This document shows positions 33,555 through 43,827 of a stretch of DNA of 64,000 nt, piece after piece (position 1 is the stretch's first letter; each line of letters starts with the position of its first letter). The notes below the pieces were generated by a model. It did not search any database. It was not told where the DNA came from and was given only the letters and a program-made list of their open reading frames with translations. The stretch spans positions 462-64,461 of the forward strand of contig PLOC01000003.1 of the NCBI GenBank assembly GCA_003141955.1, read 5' to 3'. A program made the position numbers and the translations under genes. This DNA is from Chloroflexota bacterium (GTDB taxonomy: Bacteria > Chloroflexota > Limnocylindria > Limnocylindrales > CSP1-4).

Positions 33555-34423
33555 TCGACCGAGGCGGCCAGGTCGTCGAGGACGCCGGCATCGTCCTGTT
33601 CGAAGGCCGGGATGATCTCGAGGATCAGTGGCAGATCCTCGACCCCGCTCTCGCCCAGGGCGTCGATGAGGCGATCCGCTTCGATGCGGCCGCGCGCGTT
33701 CGCCGCCGGCGTGAAGGGCCAGTGGTGGTCGCCCTCAGCGTCCGACTGCTGGAGCTGGACCTCGAAGGCCTCGCGACCGAGCTCACTCAACCAGGCGTAA
33801 GGGTCGCGGTCGGCTCCCGACGTGCCCGCTACGCACATGTGTCCGACGTCCAGGGCCAGGCGGATCGGAACGTGGCCGCCGTCTCCTCCGGTCAAGAGGT
33901 CCTGGATCATCGCAATGGTCGAGGGCTCGCGGGCCGCGGCCAGGTTCTCGACCAGGAGCGCCTGCTGACCGTGGGCGCGCGCCTCCGCAGCCAGCTGATG
34001 GAGGGCCGCGCGCAGCCCCTCCCATCGCTCCGGTCGCCGTACCGGGTCATTCCAGTCGTTGACCGAGAAGGCTCCGACGTGCCCGCCCGTCGCGACCGCT
34101 CCGACGCCCTCGCTGAAGACTATCGCCCGGCCGAACCACTCCTGAGCATGGGCTCGCTCGTCGGGGTTGGGGCTGAGCAGCAGGTTCGACGAGTAGGCGG
34201 CGAGCCCGGTGAAGGTCGAACGGATCGTCAGGCCGAACTGCCTGGCGGCGGCCGTCACTTCGACAGCCTGGGCCGGGATCGACCCGCCGGCAAGGTCGAC
34301 CAGGTCGAACGAGTGCTCGACCAGCCCCAGGCCCAGCCGGTCTCGGACGATCGGTGCCCAATCGGCCGCAAGAGGCCAGCGCTTGACCGCGAAGCAGGTG
34401 TTGATCCCGAGCTCGAGTCGCAT
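33509..34423 (-). CDS. Sugar-phosphate isomerase/epimerase TIM barrel (EryC-like)
   Basis: LGINTCFAVKRW, LLVEN, LDVGH, QQSD...HWPF, LEI. Confidence 0.75.
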   Translation of the reverse strand: MRLELGINTCFAVKRWPLAADWAPIVRDRLGLGLVEHSFDLVDLAGGSIPAQAVEVTAAARQFGLTIRSTFTGLAAYSSNLLLSPNPDERAHAQEWFGRAIVFSEGVGAVATGGHVGAFSVNDWNDPVRRPERWEGLRAALHQLAAEARAHGQQALLVENLAAAREPSTIAMIQDLLTGGDGGHVPIRLALDVGHMCVAGTSGADRDPYAWLSELGREAFEVQLQQSDAEGDHHWPFTPAANARGRIEADRLIDALGESGVEDLPLILEIIPAFEQDDAGVLDDLAASVDYWLAALGRRNVLAF

Positions 34424-34454
34424 GTTCGAACTCCGTTCTCTGGGGGCAGCGCTG

Positions 34455-36029
34455 TCAGCCGCTGGATTCGCCGCGACGCCGCACGACCGTCGAGGTTGCC
34501 AGCTCCATGTAGGCGCCGTAGGCCTCGTCGTACGTGGAGCGCGTCATGGCCGAGGGCTCGATCAGCGGATCGGGCCGGACACAGCGGGCGATCGCCTCGT
34601 CCGGGTTCCGATAGACTCCGGCACCGAGCCCGGCCAGCATCGCCACTCCGATGCCGGCGGCGTCGCCGGGGATCGGCCGGACCGGCAGCCCCGTGACGTC
34701 GGCCTTGATCCGATTCCACGTCGCCAGCCGCGTGTCGCCACCCGACACGCGCAGCTCCGTGGCGGGGGCGCCGGCTCGGCGGAGCAGCTCCAGCTGGCCA
34801 CGGATCGCGAAAGCCGCGCCCTCCAGCATCGCCCGGGCCAAAACGTCGCGGCCGTGCCGCTGCGAGATGCCTGAGAAGGCGGCTCGCAGATCGGCGTCGG
34901 TGCGCTCGCCGTCGCCCAGGACGGGCAGCGCGAGCACCCCGTCGGCGCCCGCGGGAACTGACGCCGCCTCGGTGTCGAGAGCAATGTAGTCGCGCCCGGT
35001 AGCATGACCGGAGCGCCCGCCGTACAGCAGATCGGCCAGCCACGCCACCGCCGCGCCGGTCGTGTTGATCCCCGTTTCGGTCGTGAAGGGCCCGGGAATC
35101 ACGTGCGGGTAGTGGGTGATGAGCAGTTCGGTGAGCGGCTCGCGGACGACGGAATTGAGGCAGGTGGAGGAGCCGGCCATTTCGCTGACCGGCCCCGGCT
35201 CCACGACGCCGGCCCCCAGAGCGCAGGCCTGCGAGTCGGCGCCGCCCAGGACCACGGGCACCGGCAGTGCCAATCCAAACCGTCTGACCAGAGCCGGCCG
35301 CAGCTCGCCGATTACCTCGGCCGAGCGCTGGATTGGCGGAACCGCTCCCGGGTCGATTGCCAGCGCCGCCAGCATCTCCGCGCTCCAACGGCCGGCGTGT
35401 AGGTCGTAGAGCAGGGTTGCCGCGGCGTGGGTGCCGTCCGTGGCGGCGACTCCTGTGAGCGCCAGGGCCGCCAGATCGCGCGGCTGGAGGAACAGCGGGT
35501 CTCTTGCCCAGATGTCCGGCCGGTGGCGGCGCAACCACATCATCTTCGGGGCGATGTGGAAGGCCGCGGGCAGGTGCCCCGTGAGCGAGTGAATCCGCTC
35601 GTCGCCGAAGCGCTCGCGGATCTCGGCCGCTTCGGCCGTGGCGCGGTTGTCCCGGTACATCAACCCGGGTCCGAGTGGCTCGCCGTGGCGATCCACCGGC
35701 ACGACGGACGGGCACTGGCCGGTCAGCCCGATGGCGCGGATGCGGATGTCGCGGCGCGCGCCGCCGCTCGTGCGGGCTGCGGCGCCGGCCGCGGCTCCGA
35801 CACCGGCCGCGGCGCCGACCTTCAGCCGCCTGATCGCCTCGCCCAGCGAACCCAGCGCCGCCGACCGCCAGAGCGCGGCGTCCTGCTCGGCCCAGCCCGG
35901 CGCCGGAGTGATGATCGGGTAGCCCCGGCGGACCTCGAGGACCAGGTGCCCGTCCAGGTCAAACGCCAGGGCGCGCGCGCCGGAGGTTCCGACGTCGATC
36001 GCCAGTAGCACCTCGCCCGGAGCGGACAT
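34455..36029 (-). CDS. FGGY-family carbohydrate kinase
   Basis: IDVGTSG, PGWAEQD, LTGQ, GGADSQA, GER, LEG, SGG. Confidence 0.9.
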   Translation of the reverse strand: MSAPGEVLLAIDVGTSGARALAFDLDGHLVLEVRRGYPIITPAPGWAEQDAALWRSAALGSLGEAIRRLKVGAAAGVGAAAGAAARTSGGARRDIRIRAIGLTGQCPSVVPVDRHGEPLGPGLMYRDNRATAEAAEIRERFGDERIHSLTGHLPAAFHIAPKMMWLRRHRPDIWARDPLFLQPRDLAALALTGVAATDGTHAAATLLYDLHAGRWSAEMLAALAIDPGAVPPIQRSAEVIGELRPALVRRFGLALPVPVVLGGADSQACALGAGVVEPGPVSEMAGSSTCLNSVVREPLTELLITHYPHVIPGPFTTETGINTTGAAVAWLADLLYGGRSGHATGRDYIALDTEAASVPAGADGVLALPVLGDGERTDADLRAAFSGISQRHGRDVLARAMLEGAAFAIRGQLELLRRAGAPATELRVSGGDTRLATWNRIKADVTGLPVRPIPGDAAGIGVAMLAGLGAGVYRNPDEAIARCVRPDPLIEPSAMTRSTYDEAYGAYMELATSTVVRRRGESSG

Positions 36030-36030
36030 C

Positions 36031-36984
36031 TCACCCTCGTACGAGCTGATGGGCCGAGACCTTGTCTTTCTCCAGTGTGATCAACGCGCCGTTCAGTGTC
36101 CCGGTCGAGTAGTCGCTGCCGGGATTGATGACGATTGTCCGCCCCAGGCGCCGGATCCCCGTCGATTCGTGGATGTGGCCGTGCAGACCAAGGAGCGGCT
36201 GGCGAGCGGTCAGGAAGTCGCACACCGCCGTGCTCCCGACCGGCGCCATCTTGACCTGGCCCAGGACCTGCTGGACCTGCAGGTTCTCGTCGAGCACCGG
36301 CGCGTCGTCGAGCTGGGTGTCGAAGGGCGGGACGTGAACGTTGACGATCGCCTGCTCAGGATGGGTCAGCTGGCTCGCCAGCTTGTCCAGCGAGATCGCC
36401 AGTTCAGGCTCAGTCTGCTCGCGGTAGCTGTGCCAGGGGGTGATATTCGAGAAGCCCCAGGACATCATCTCGTGGTTGTCGTCGAGCCAGATGACCTTGC
36501 CCTCGTCGTTCTGGCCCCAGGGCGCTCGGTCCAGCAACTCGGCCAGGGGCGGCGGGTCGTCGTTGCCGAGCATGAAGAAGAGGCGCTTGCCGATGGGCCG
36601 GAGGCGTTCGTCGGCGAGCGTCAGCCAGCCTTCGAGGCGCTGGCGCATGAGGCGGAGGAAGAGCTCGTCGAGTGTTCCCGCCGCCTTGCGCGCCTCGAGC
36701 TCCCCCGGTTCGGCCCGATAGGGGTAGTAGCCGTGATCTTCGATGAGCTTCTCGAGGGCAGTCAATTCCGGCCCGTCTTCGAGTTCGTAGTTGGTGCCTA
36801 TGAAGCTGCAGCTGTACTTGCCGCCGGGCCCGCGCACGATCGTCTGGATCGCCTTGCCGGCGAGATCGCCGCCCAGGACCATGACGTCGGCGCCGTAGAC
36901 GGGACCGCCGTTGATGAACTTGCGGAAGCACTTCGACGACCCGTGCAGGTCGGTGACGAAGTAGAGTCGTGTCTTGCCCGCCAT
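36031..36984 (-). CDS. Calcineurin-like metallophosphoesterase
   Basis: TDLHGS, GGD, GNDD, HVPP, HGHIHE. Confidence 0.85.
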   Translation of the reverse strand: MAGKTRLYFVTDLHGSSKCFRKFINGGPVYGADVMVLGGDLAGKAIQTIVRGPGGKYSCSFIGTNYELEDGPELTALEKLIEDHGYYPYRAEPGELEARKAAGTLDELFLRLMRQRLEGWLTLADERLRPIGKRLFFMLGNDDPPPLAELLDRAPWGQNDEGKVIWLDDNHEMMSWGFSNITPWHSYREQTEPELAISLDKLASQLTHPEQAIVNVHVPPFDTQLDDAPVLDENLQVQQVLGQVKMAPVGSTAVCDFLTARQPLLGLHGHIHESTGIRRLGRTIVINPGSDYSTGTLNGALITLEKDKVSAHQLVRG

Positions 36985-36995
36985 CGTCTGAGCCG

Positions 36996-37811
36996 TCAGG
37001 CGTCGGCTGAGGCGCGGACCCGGCGGACCGCGTCCATCAGGCGTCGGGCGCGATCTGGATCGACGGCGTTCCAGGTGATGCCGTCCACCTTTAGGCCCGT
37101 CCCGACGATCGCCCCGTCGGCGACCTTGAGGATCTCCGGGATCCGATCCGCAGTGACGCCCGTGTTGGCGATAATCGGCGTCTCCGGAGCCGCCTGTTTG
37201 GCCGCGATCAGGTCGCCCATGGCCATCGGGCTGCCGGCCGCCCAGCCGCTGATCAGGATCGCGTCCATGCCCATGAACGCGGCGCCCCGGGCTCGATCGG
37301 CCACGCTCCGCGTACCGAGAGGGCTGCTGAACTCGGGCGAGATGTTGTCGAAGAGGGCCACGTTCGTGGCACCGATGGCGGTCCGATAGCCGGAGATGTC
37401 GCCGATGCTGGGCGCGATCATTCCCAGGTCCGACTCGTAGACGCCGGTCAGCACCTCGCGGATGAACGAAGCGCCGGTGGCCCGGGCGACCGCCAGGCTG
37501 GCAATGGGGTCCCACAGCAGGTTGACGCCGAAGGGGACGCGGATGCGCTCGCGCAGTCGGCCGACGGTCGCCGCCATCGCCGCCGCGATCTCCACGCCCA
37601 CCTTGACCTGGTACGGGTAGTCCTTCTCATTGCAGAAGAGCACGCCGTCGACGCCGGCTTCCTGCAATGCGTCGAGATCGCGCGCTACCGGGGCCAGGAT
37701 TGCCTCCGGTCCACCGTCGACGTCATGAAGAGGACGTCCCGGCAGACCGGGCAGATGAAGCATCGCGACGATGGGCTTCTTGACGCCGAAGATGCGGTCC
37801 AGGGTGCTCAT
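36996..37811 (-). CDS. BtpA/SgcQ-family protein
   Basis: AMLHLPGLPG, NEKDYPY, FGVNLLWD, ANTGV, ADGAIVGT.LK.DG. Confidence 0.88.
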   Translation of the reverse strand: MSTLDRIFGVKKPIVAMLHLPGLPGRPLHDVDGGPEAILAPVARDLDALQEAGVDGVLFCNEKDYPYQVKVGVEIAAAMAATVGRLRERIRVPFGVNLLWDPIASLAVARATGASFIREVLTGVYESDLGMIAPSIGDISGYRTAIGATNVALFDNISPEFSSPLGTRSVADRARGAAFMGMDAILISGWAAGSPMAMGDLIAAKQAAPETPIIANTGVTADRIPEILKVADGAIVGTGLKVDGITWNAVDPDRARRLMDAVRRVRASADA

Positions 37812-37818
37812 GCTGATC

Positions 37819-38628
37819 TCAGGCCTCCGCTGTCTCGTCCTCTTCCGTCCGCCGGCGGTTCCCGGCGACTGCGACAACGACCGTCATGCCCAGTGACCGA
37901 AGCGCGTCCAGCTGCTCCGCCGGAGCGGAGGCGTCGGTAACGAGGGTGTGAATGCTCTGAGCCGGCGCGACCATGGCGCTGGCCGCCTGACCGATCTTCG
38001 ACCCGTCGGCGATCACCATCAGCCGCTCGCTTCTCTCGATCGCGACGCGGTGGATCTCGGCCTCCTCATCGTTGAGGTCGGTCAGGCCCCAGCGGGCGGT
38101 CAATCCGGCCGTGCCCAGCACGGCCAGGTCGAAGCGGTACCGCTCCAGCGTGGCGCGAGCGGCAGGACCGACGCAGCTCAACTCGTCGCGCCTGACGTCG
38201 CCGCCCAGCACGACGGCGCGCGAGGGGCGCGTCCCCATCAGGCCGGCGATCGGCAGTGAGCCGGTCACGACGGTGATGTCGGCCCGGGCCGGGAGATACC
38301 GGGCGAAGTGCTCGGCGGTGGTGCCGATGCCCAAGTAGATCAGGCGCGCATCCTCGATGAGGCCGACCGCGGCGAGAGCGATGAGCCGCTTCTCGCGGGC
38401 GTTGGCCAGGGCGCGGGCGTTGAAGGCCACATCCAGCGAGCGGGTGAGATGGGCCGTGGCTCCGCCGTATGTACGGCGCAGGAAACCATCGCGCTCCAGG
38501 CGCGTGATGTCGCGCCGGATCGTCATCTCGGAGCAGCGGTATTCGCGGGCCAGATCTGCGACCTGGATCGATTCGCCATCTGCGACTCGCTCCAGGATCT
38601 TCACGCGGCGGTCTGCGGCCAGTGGCAT
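37819..38628 (-). CDS. DeoR/GlpR transcriptional regulator
   Basis: SEMTIRRD, RTYGGA, ADGSKIG, LVTD. Confidence 0.92.
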   Translation of the reverse strand: MPLAADRRVKILERVADGESIQVADLAREYRCSEMTIRRDITRLERDGFLRRTYGGATAHLTRSLDVAFNARALANAREKRLIALAAVGLIEDARLIYLGIGTTAEHFARYLPARADITVVTGSLPIAGLMGTRPSRAVVLGGDVRRDELSCVGPAARATLERYRFDLAVLGTAGLTARWGLTDLNDEEAEIHRVAIERSERLMVIADGSKIGQAASAMVAPAQSIHTLVTDASAPAEQLDALRSLGMTVVVAVAGNRRRTEEDETAEA

Positions 38629-38703
38629 CGGGGAGTCTTCCAAGCTCGGGGCGTTCCCATCTCGACCGAAACGCTCACACACTCGAACATCTGGGGTGAT
38701 GAT

Positions 38704-38750
38704 ATCGCACATAACTTCATTGACGCTAGGTGTGCGATTGTGTTTACTAT
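38704..38750. promoter_or_regulatory. Putative operator and sigma70-like promoter in the divergon
   Basis: Inverted repeat atcgcaca (38704) / tgtgcgat (38731) straddling TTGACG; TACTAT lies 19 nt downstream of TTGACG. Confidence 0.5.
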
Positions 38751-38858
38751 CCCGTGGGCCGAATGACTGTCAAGCGGCGGACCCCGCTGGGAGGCCCGGG
38801 CAACAGCCCTACCTCGGCCGGAGAAGCGATCCTCACGAGGACCGCCAGGAGGTGACGA

Positions 38859-40475
38859 GTGGCAGGAGGTAGTCAGCTCTTCGTCCGCCAGAGCACCGGC
38901 CTCGTAAGGGAGGCCAACGCCCTCGACGCGACGATCTTCAATGCCGTGTTCTCGGCACCGGTCGGCGCCACGCTGGCCTGGGGAGTCTTCTTCGCCCTAT
39001 CGGCATTCCCAGGCTCCGACCTGGTGTGGGCGACGATCATCTCCTTCATCATCAACATCCCCGTGCTGCTGATGATGGCGTTGCTGGCGTCGAGCATGCC
39101 TCGCACGGGCGGCGACTACGTCTGGGTGAGCCGCATCCTTTCCCCGCCGCTGGCCCTCGTCTCCAACTTCGGGGCGGCGCTGTCGGCCACGATCGGGGCC
39201 ACGTTCTGGGCTCGTTACTTCCCGGTCTACGCGCTCGGCCCGATTCTGGCGACCCTGGGCATCACCTTCAACAATCACACTCTGATCGACTGGGGCAACA
39301 GCTTCCAGACGGACACCCACTGGGTCTTCGTCGGGGCCATGGTCATGGTCGTCCTGATGGGGGCGATCCTCGTGGCCGGCCTGCGGACGACCTTCCGCTG
39401 GCAGAACGCCTTCTGGATCATCGCCTCCGCCGGCACGTTCCTGGCCTTCATCGTGCTGGTCTTCGGCAGCCACACTGACTTCGTAAACAACTTCAACTCG
39501 GTCAGCGCCACGTACGGCAGCCCCTCCGCCGCGACCCTCATCAGCAACGCCGGGGTCACCCCCGGATCAGGGCCGGACGCAGGCAACATGAACGCCACAC
39601 TCCCGTCCGTCTTCGTGATCATGACCTTCATGATGTGGAACTGGTGGTCGGTGTACCTGAGCGGCGAGCTCAAGAGCGCTGCCAACCGCGCCCGCCAGCT
39701 GACCATCATGTTCGGGGCGCTCGCCTGGGACGTGATCTTCATCGTCGTCGGCGTGATGCTTCTGTTCAAGGTGACCGGCTACGACTTCATGGTCGCGGTC
39801 AACTCGGCCACGTCCGGCTACCTGGTCCCGACAGGGCCCTGGTATCACTTCCTGGCGGCGCTGGTATACAACGCGCCGATCCTCACCTTCTTGATCGTCG
39901 GCTCGTTCCTGTTCTGGAGCCTGCCTGCGATGGTCGGCAACACCTACATGCCGATCCGGTCCTGGTTCGCCTGGTCCTTCGATCGGCTGCTTCCTGAGAA
40001 GCTGTCCGAGGTCAACGAGCGGACCCACTCGCCGGTCTGGGCGATCCTGTTCGAGATGGTGCTGGTCACCGTGATGCTCATCTGGAGCATCATCAGCACC
40101 ACGTTCGGCACCTGGCTCGCGCTGGGCGTCCTAGCGGGCGTCGTCTGCGTCGTGATAGTGGGCTTCGCGGCGATCGCCTTCCCATTCCGCCGGCCGGACC
40201 TGTACCAGGCTTCTCCGGCGAACTGGAAGGTGGCCGGTATTCCGGTCCTGTTCATCGTCGCCCCGCTCTCCATCGTTGTTATGTGCTTCCTGACCTGGTG
40301 CACCCTGGCCTTCCCGGCCCTGGCGATCGGCACCACGGCCAACTACTGGTGGGTCCCGGCCTTCATGGGCATGATCGTAGTGGTCGGCCTCGTCGTCTTC
40401 TACGTCTCCAAATTCGTCAGACGACGGCAAGGGATCGACATCGACCTCGTCTACAAGGAACTTCCGCCGGAGTGA
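38859..40475 (+). CDS. APC-superfamily permease
   Basis: FVRQSTGLVRE, MPRTGGDYVW.SR, FAWSFDRLLP, C-terminal YKELPPE. Confidence 0.88.
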   Translation: MAGGSQLFVRQSTGLVREANALDATIFNAVFSAPVGATLAWGVFFALSAFPGSDLVWATIISFIINIPVLLMMALLASSMPRTGGDYVWVSRILSPPLALVSNFGAALSATIGATFWARYFPVYALGPILATLGITFNNHTLIDWGNSFQTDTHWVFVGAMVMVVLMGAILVAGLRTTFRWQNAFWIIASAGTFLAFIVLVFGSHTDFVNNFNSVSATYGSPSAATLISNAGVTPGSGPDAGNMNATLPSVFVIMTFMMWNWWSVYLSGELKSAANRARQLTIMFGALAWDVIFIVVGVMLLFKVTGYDFMVAVNSATSGYLVPTGPWYHFLAALVYNAPILTFLIVGSFLFWSLPAMVGNTYMPIRSWFAWSFDRLLPEKLSEVNERTHSPVWAILFEMVLVTVMLIWSIISTTFGTWLALGVLAGVVCVVIVGFAAIAFPFRRPDLYQASPANWKVAGIPVLFIVAPLSIVVMCFLTWCTLAFPALAIGTTANYWWVPAFMGMIVVVGLVVFYVSKFVRRRQGIDIDLVYKELPPE

Positions 40476-40581
40476 CCCCTCCACTCCGTAGCACGCAGCG
40501 GCCCCGGCTGCAAGGTCGGGGCCGCTGCTGTTACTCTCGGTTCCACTCACGTCCCGCGACTCAACCCCTGGAGCGCAATTC

Positions 40582-41340
40582 GTGCCCGACCACCCGCTCA
40601 TCCTCTCCGATATCCGGGCCGAGGCACAGCGCCTGGCCGAGCTTGCCGTCGAGGAAAGGATTCCGATGCGGCTCATGGGTGGCGTGGCCGTCTGGCTCTG
40701 CTCCGAGTCGGTCCGCAAGCCACCCTTCGCCCGCGACTACGCGGACATGGACTTCGCCGCGACCTCGAAGGGGCGCGCGGCGGTGAAGTGCTTCCTCGAC
40801 GATCAGGGCTATGTCCCCGAGAAGCTCTTCAATGCCATCCACGGCGCCCAGCGCCTCAACTACGCCGAGCCCAACGGCCGCTGGACGATGGACATCCTGA
40901 TCGACGAGCTGGCGATGAGCCACCGCCTGGACCTGCGGGGCCGGCTCGACGGCCCGCAACCCACGATCTCGCTGGCGGACCTGGTCCTGACCAAGCTGCA
41001 GATCTGGGAGATCAACCGAAAGGACGTGGGCGACGTGCTCTGCCTGCTGGCCGACCATCCGCTCGGCAAGGATGGCGTCGGGGCGATCGGGCTCGACCGA
41101 ATCGGAGCCGTGCTCGGCTCGGATTGGGGCTTCTGTCACACGGCCGAGCGGAACCTGGGCAAGGTTGCCGAGCTGTGGGCCGCGGAACCCGCGGATGGTG
41201 CTCCTTTCGACGTCGCGCGCCAGGTCGAGGGGATCGTCGCCGCCATCGCCGCCGCTCCCAAGTCGCTGGCGTGGAAGACTCGCGCTCGGATCGGGGAGCG
41301 GCTTCGCTGGTACGAGACGCCTGAAGAGGTCCAGCACTAG
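40582..41340 (+). CDS. Uncharacterised nucleotidyltransferase-fold protein
   Basis: GGVAV...RDYADMDF (G..DxD) and LTKLQI...KD..D. Confidence 0.65.
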   Translation: MPDHPLILSDIRAEAQRLAELAVEERIPMRLMGGVAVWLCSESVRKPPFARDYADMDFAATSKGRAAVKCFLDDQGYVPEKLFNAIHGAQRLNYAEPNGRWTMDILIDELAMSHRLDLRGRLDGPQPTISLADLVLTKLQIWEINRKDVGDVLCLLADHPLGKDGVGAIGLDRIGAVLGSDWGFCHTAERNLGKVAELWAAEPADGAPFDVARQVEGIVAAIAAAPKSLAWKTRARIGERLRWYETPEEVQH

Positions 41341-41386
41341 ACTGCGCGCGCGTCCTGCCCCCAGCCGTGCGCCGCGTCGCGGTCCG

Positions 41387-42241
41387 TCACGGGAAGGCGG
41401 CCAGCACCTCGCGACCGAGGACCTCGATGGAACGCGCTGAGACGGGGCCCGGCCAAGCGTCGAGGACGATCCTCTCGACCCCCGCCTGGGCGTAGCTTGA
41501 GAAAAGCCGCCGCTGCTCGGACGGAGTGGCCTCGGCATTCGCTCCGTCCCAGGCCAGCATCGCCGAGCGGCGAATCGTGGCAGGGTCCCGGCTCACTGCG
41601 CGGCAGGCGTCGGCCAGCTGCCCGAACACGTCTCGGCAGTGGTCCGGGCTCGGGTTGTCCAGGTTCAGCTCGTCCGCGTACATCGCCGCCAGGCGGACCA
41701 GCTTGGGCCTGCCGTATCCGCCGACGACGATCGGGGGGTGTGGCTTCTGCACCGGCTTGGGCTCGCACACCGCATCCGTCAGCTGGTAGTGGCGTCCGCG
41801 GAAGCTGAAGCGAGGCCTCGTCCACAGCCCGATCAGGATCTGCAGCTGCTCCTCGAGCAGCTCGAAACGCTCGGCCATCGACGGATACGGGATCCCGAAT
41901 CGCTCGTGCTCGGCGTCGTACCAGCCGGCGCCGATCCCCAGGTCAACGCGCCCCTCGCTTATCTCGTCGACCGTCGTGACCGTCTTCGCGAGCGCGATCG
42001 GCAGCCGGAAGGTGACCGGGCTGACCATCGTCCCAAGGCGGATTCGGGTCGTGTCTCGGGCCAGCGCGGCGAGTGTCGTCCAGGCGTCGGTGGCGTGCGC
42101 GGACCAGTCGCCCTTGAGCGATAGCCAGTGGTCCGATCGAACGAACGACTCGAACCCGGCCGCCTCGGCCATCTGGGCCAGGTCGCGCATGCGCGAGTAG
42201 GGCAGGCCCTCCTGCGGATCGACCATGAACGCAAAGCGCAT
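41387..42241 (-). CDS. LLM-class (probably F420-dependent) oxidoreductase
   Basis: PQEG, RSDH, DAWTTLAALAR, GIGAGW..EH, PKPVQ. Confidence 0.88.
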   Translation of the reverse strand: MRFAFMVDPQEGLPYSRMRDLAQMAEAAGFESFVRSDHWLSLKGDWSAHATDAWTTLAALARDTTRIRLGTMVSPVTFRLPIALAKTVTTVDEISEGRVDLGIGAGWYDAEHERFGIPYPSMAERFELLEEQLQILIGLWTRPRFSFRGRHYQLTDAVCEPKPVQKPHPPIVVGGYGRPKLVRLAAMYADELNLDNPSPDHCRDVFGQLADACRAVSRDPATIRRSAMLAWDGANAEATPSEQRRLFSSYAQAGVERIVLDAWPGPVSARSIEVLGREVLAAFP

Positions 42242-42482
42242 CAATCGACTCCCATCACTCCCGGCGCGGCGTTCGAGCGCACCTTGACAATTCTGCGCCC
42301 GTTGGTGGCGGGTCGGTCGGGCATGTCCCGCGACACAAACCGGGCCCGCGCCAGCGCGGCGCCCGGTGAGGCGAAGGTGCCCAATCCTTCTTACACTGCG
42401 CTTACATCGAGGCCGTGAGCGAGCCACTTTGGGCCGTCCATCATTGACCGTGTCCAATCGACACGCGCGCCACGGAGGACGA

Positions 42483-42812
42483 GTGCAAACACGACATCGC
42501 ACCCGAGCCGTCGGGTTCGTGGCGGCCGCGCTTCTTCTCGGCGTTGCCCTGGTTTCGTGCGGCCCGCACTCGACGCCCACCGCGAGCCCGACCTTCACAC
42601 CGTCGGCGACCTCGAGTCCGGCTTCGCCCGGCGCCACATCCGGAGAGCTGGATACGGCGTCGCAGAGTTCTGGCGCCTTGGGTTCTGGTTCTGCCGGTCC
42701 GACCGCGCCACCAACGCCGGATCCCGTGGCCAGCGAGCTGGACCAGATCAATCAGCTCATCAACGACCTCAACAACTCGATTTCGTCCTCGTCCGACCAG
42801 GGCGGCGAGTAG
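42483..42812 (+). CDS. Small putative lipoprotein with Ser/Thr/Pro linker
   Basis: GTG after ggagg; hydrophobic leader with LVSC lipobox; short C-terminal helix. Confidence 0.6.
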   Translation: MQTRHRTRAVGFVAAALLLGVALVSCGPHSTPTASPTFTPSATSSPASPGATSGELDTASQSSGALGSGSAGPTAPPTPDPVASELDQINQLINDLNNSISSSSDQGGE

Positions 42813-42836
42813 GCCTCCATGTCGAAGGAACATCTC

Positions 42837-43601
42837 ATGTACGCCCGCCTTCGCAACGTCATCGCCGCCGTAGGGGCGGCCGCTCTCGTCGTGGTCTCAT
42901 CCTCCAGCGCGGGCGCGGTTTCATCCGCTCCCGTTTCCGGAGGCCCTCTCGGAGCGGGCACCTGCGCAGCTCAGGCGCTGGCGGCGCGAACGCATGGCAC
43001 GGTGGCCGCGCTTCGGAGCTTCGGCGATTGCGAGATCGGGCGTCGCCAGACGACGCTCGCGGGCCTGACCTCCGTCGTGAACGGGTCGCAGGCGCTGACC
43101 GCCTCCGATCGGGCCGCGCTGACGGCCGAGATCGGGGCGGAGTCGTCCGGCCTGGCCGTCCTGAAGACGGCGATTGACGGTCAGACCACGCTTCCGGCGC
43201 TCAAGCTCGAGATCGTCCAGATCGCGTCGAAGTACCGCGTGTACCTGCTGGTCGCACCGCAGGTCTATCTCGTCGATGCCGCCGAGGACGTTCTCGCGCT
43301 GCAGCCGTCCTTCACGCAGACGGCGACCGTTCTGGCGGGGCGGATCGCCACGGCAGAGGCCAACGGCAAGGACGTGACCGCCGCCCAGGCGAGCCTGACG
43401 TCGATGAACGGTGAAGTTGCCGCGGCTATGGCGCTGGCGTCGCCGCTGCCGGGCCGGCTCCTGCCCCTGACCGCCGCCCAGTGGAACGCCGGGACGGCCG
43501 GGCCGGTTATGACGGCTGCGCGCGCGGCGCTCGTTTCGGCGCGCGGCCACCTGCAGGCTGCGGTCAAGTTCGGCCGCGCGGTGATCGTCGCCCTGCAGTA
43601 A
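42837..43601 (+). CDS. Secreted alanine-rich helical hypothetical protein
   Basis: Signal peptide (SAGA), Cys pair, amphipathic helices. Confidence 0.65.
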   Translation: MYARLRNVIAAVGAAALVVVSSSSAGAVSSAPVSGGPLGAGTCAAQALAARTHGTVAALRSFGDCEIGRRQTTLAGLTSVVNGSQALTASDRAALTAEIGAESSGLAVLKTAIDGQTTLPALKLEIVQIASKYRVYLLVAPQVYLVDAAEDVLALQPSFTQTATVLAGRIATAEANGKDVTAAQASLTSMNGEVAAAMALASPLPGRLLPLTAAQWNAGTAGPVMTAARAALVSARGHLQAAVKFGRAVIVALQ

Positions 43602-43827
43602 CCGGGGGAGTGGCTGGGCGCCTCGCGCTTCAAGCCGGAACGTTACCGGGGTCGGTCGCCTGCTGGCTGCCGCACGAGGCAGCCTTCACATGAGGATTCG
43701 CCGAGGACAGACCTGCGCTTGAGATCGCATTGACAGCATTGCCCGCGGCGTGATTGACTGCGGCGCGGCCGGCCGTTCCGTGGTCCACGGGATAGAGTCG
43801 GCGGTCGGGCGCGGGGAGGATCCCACG

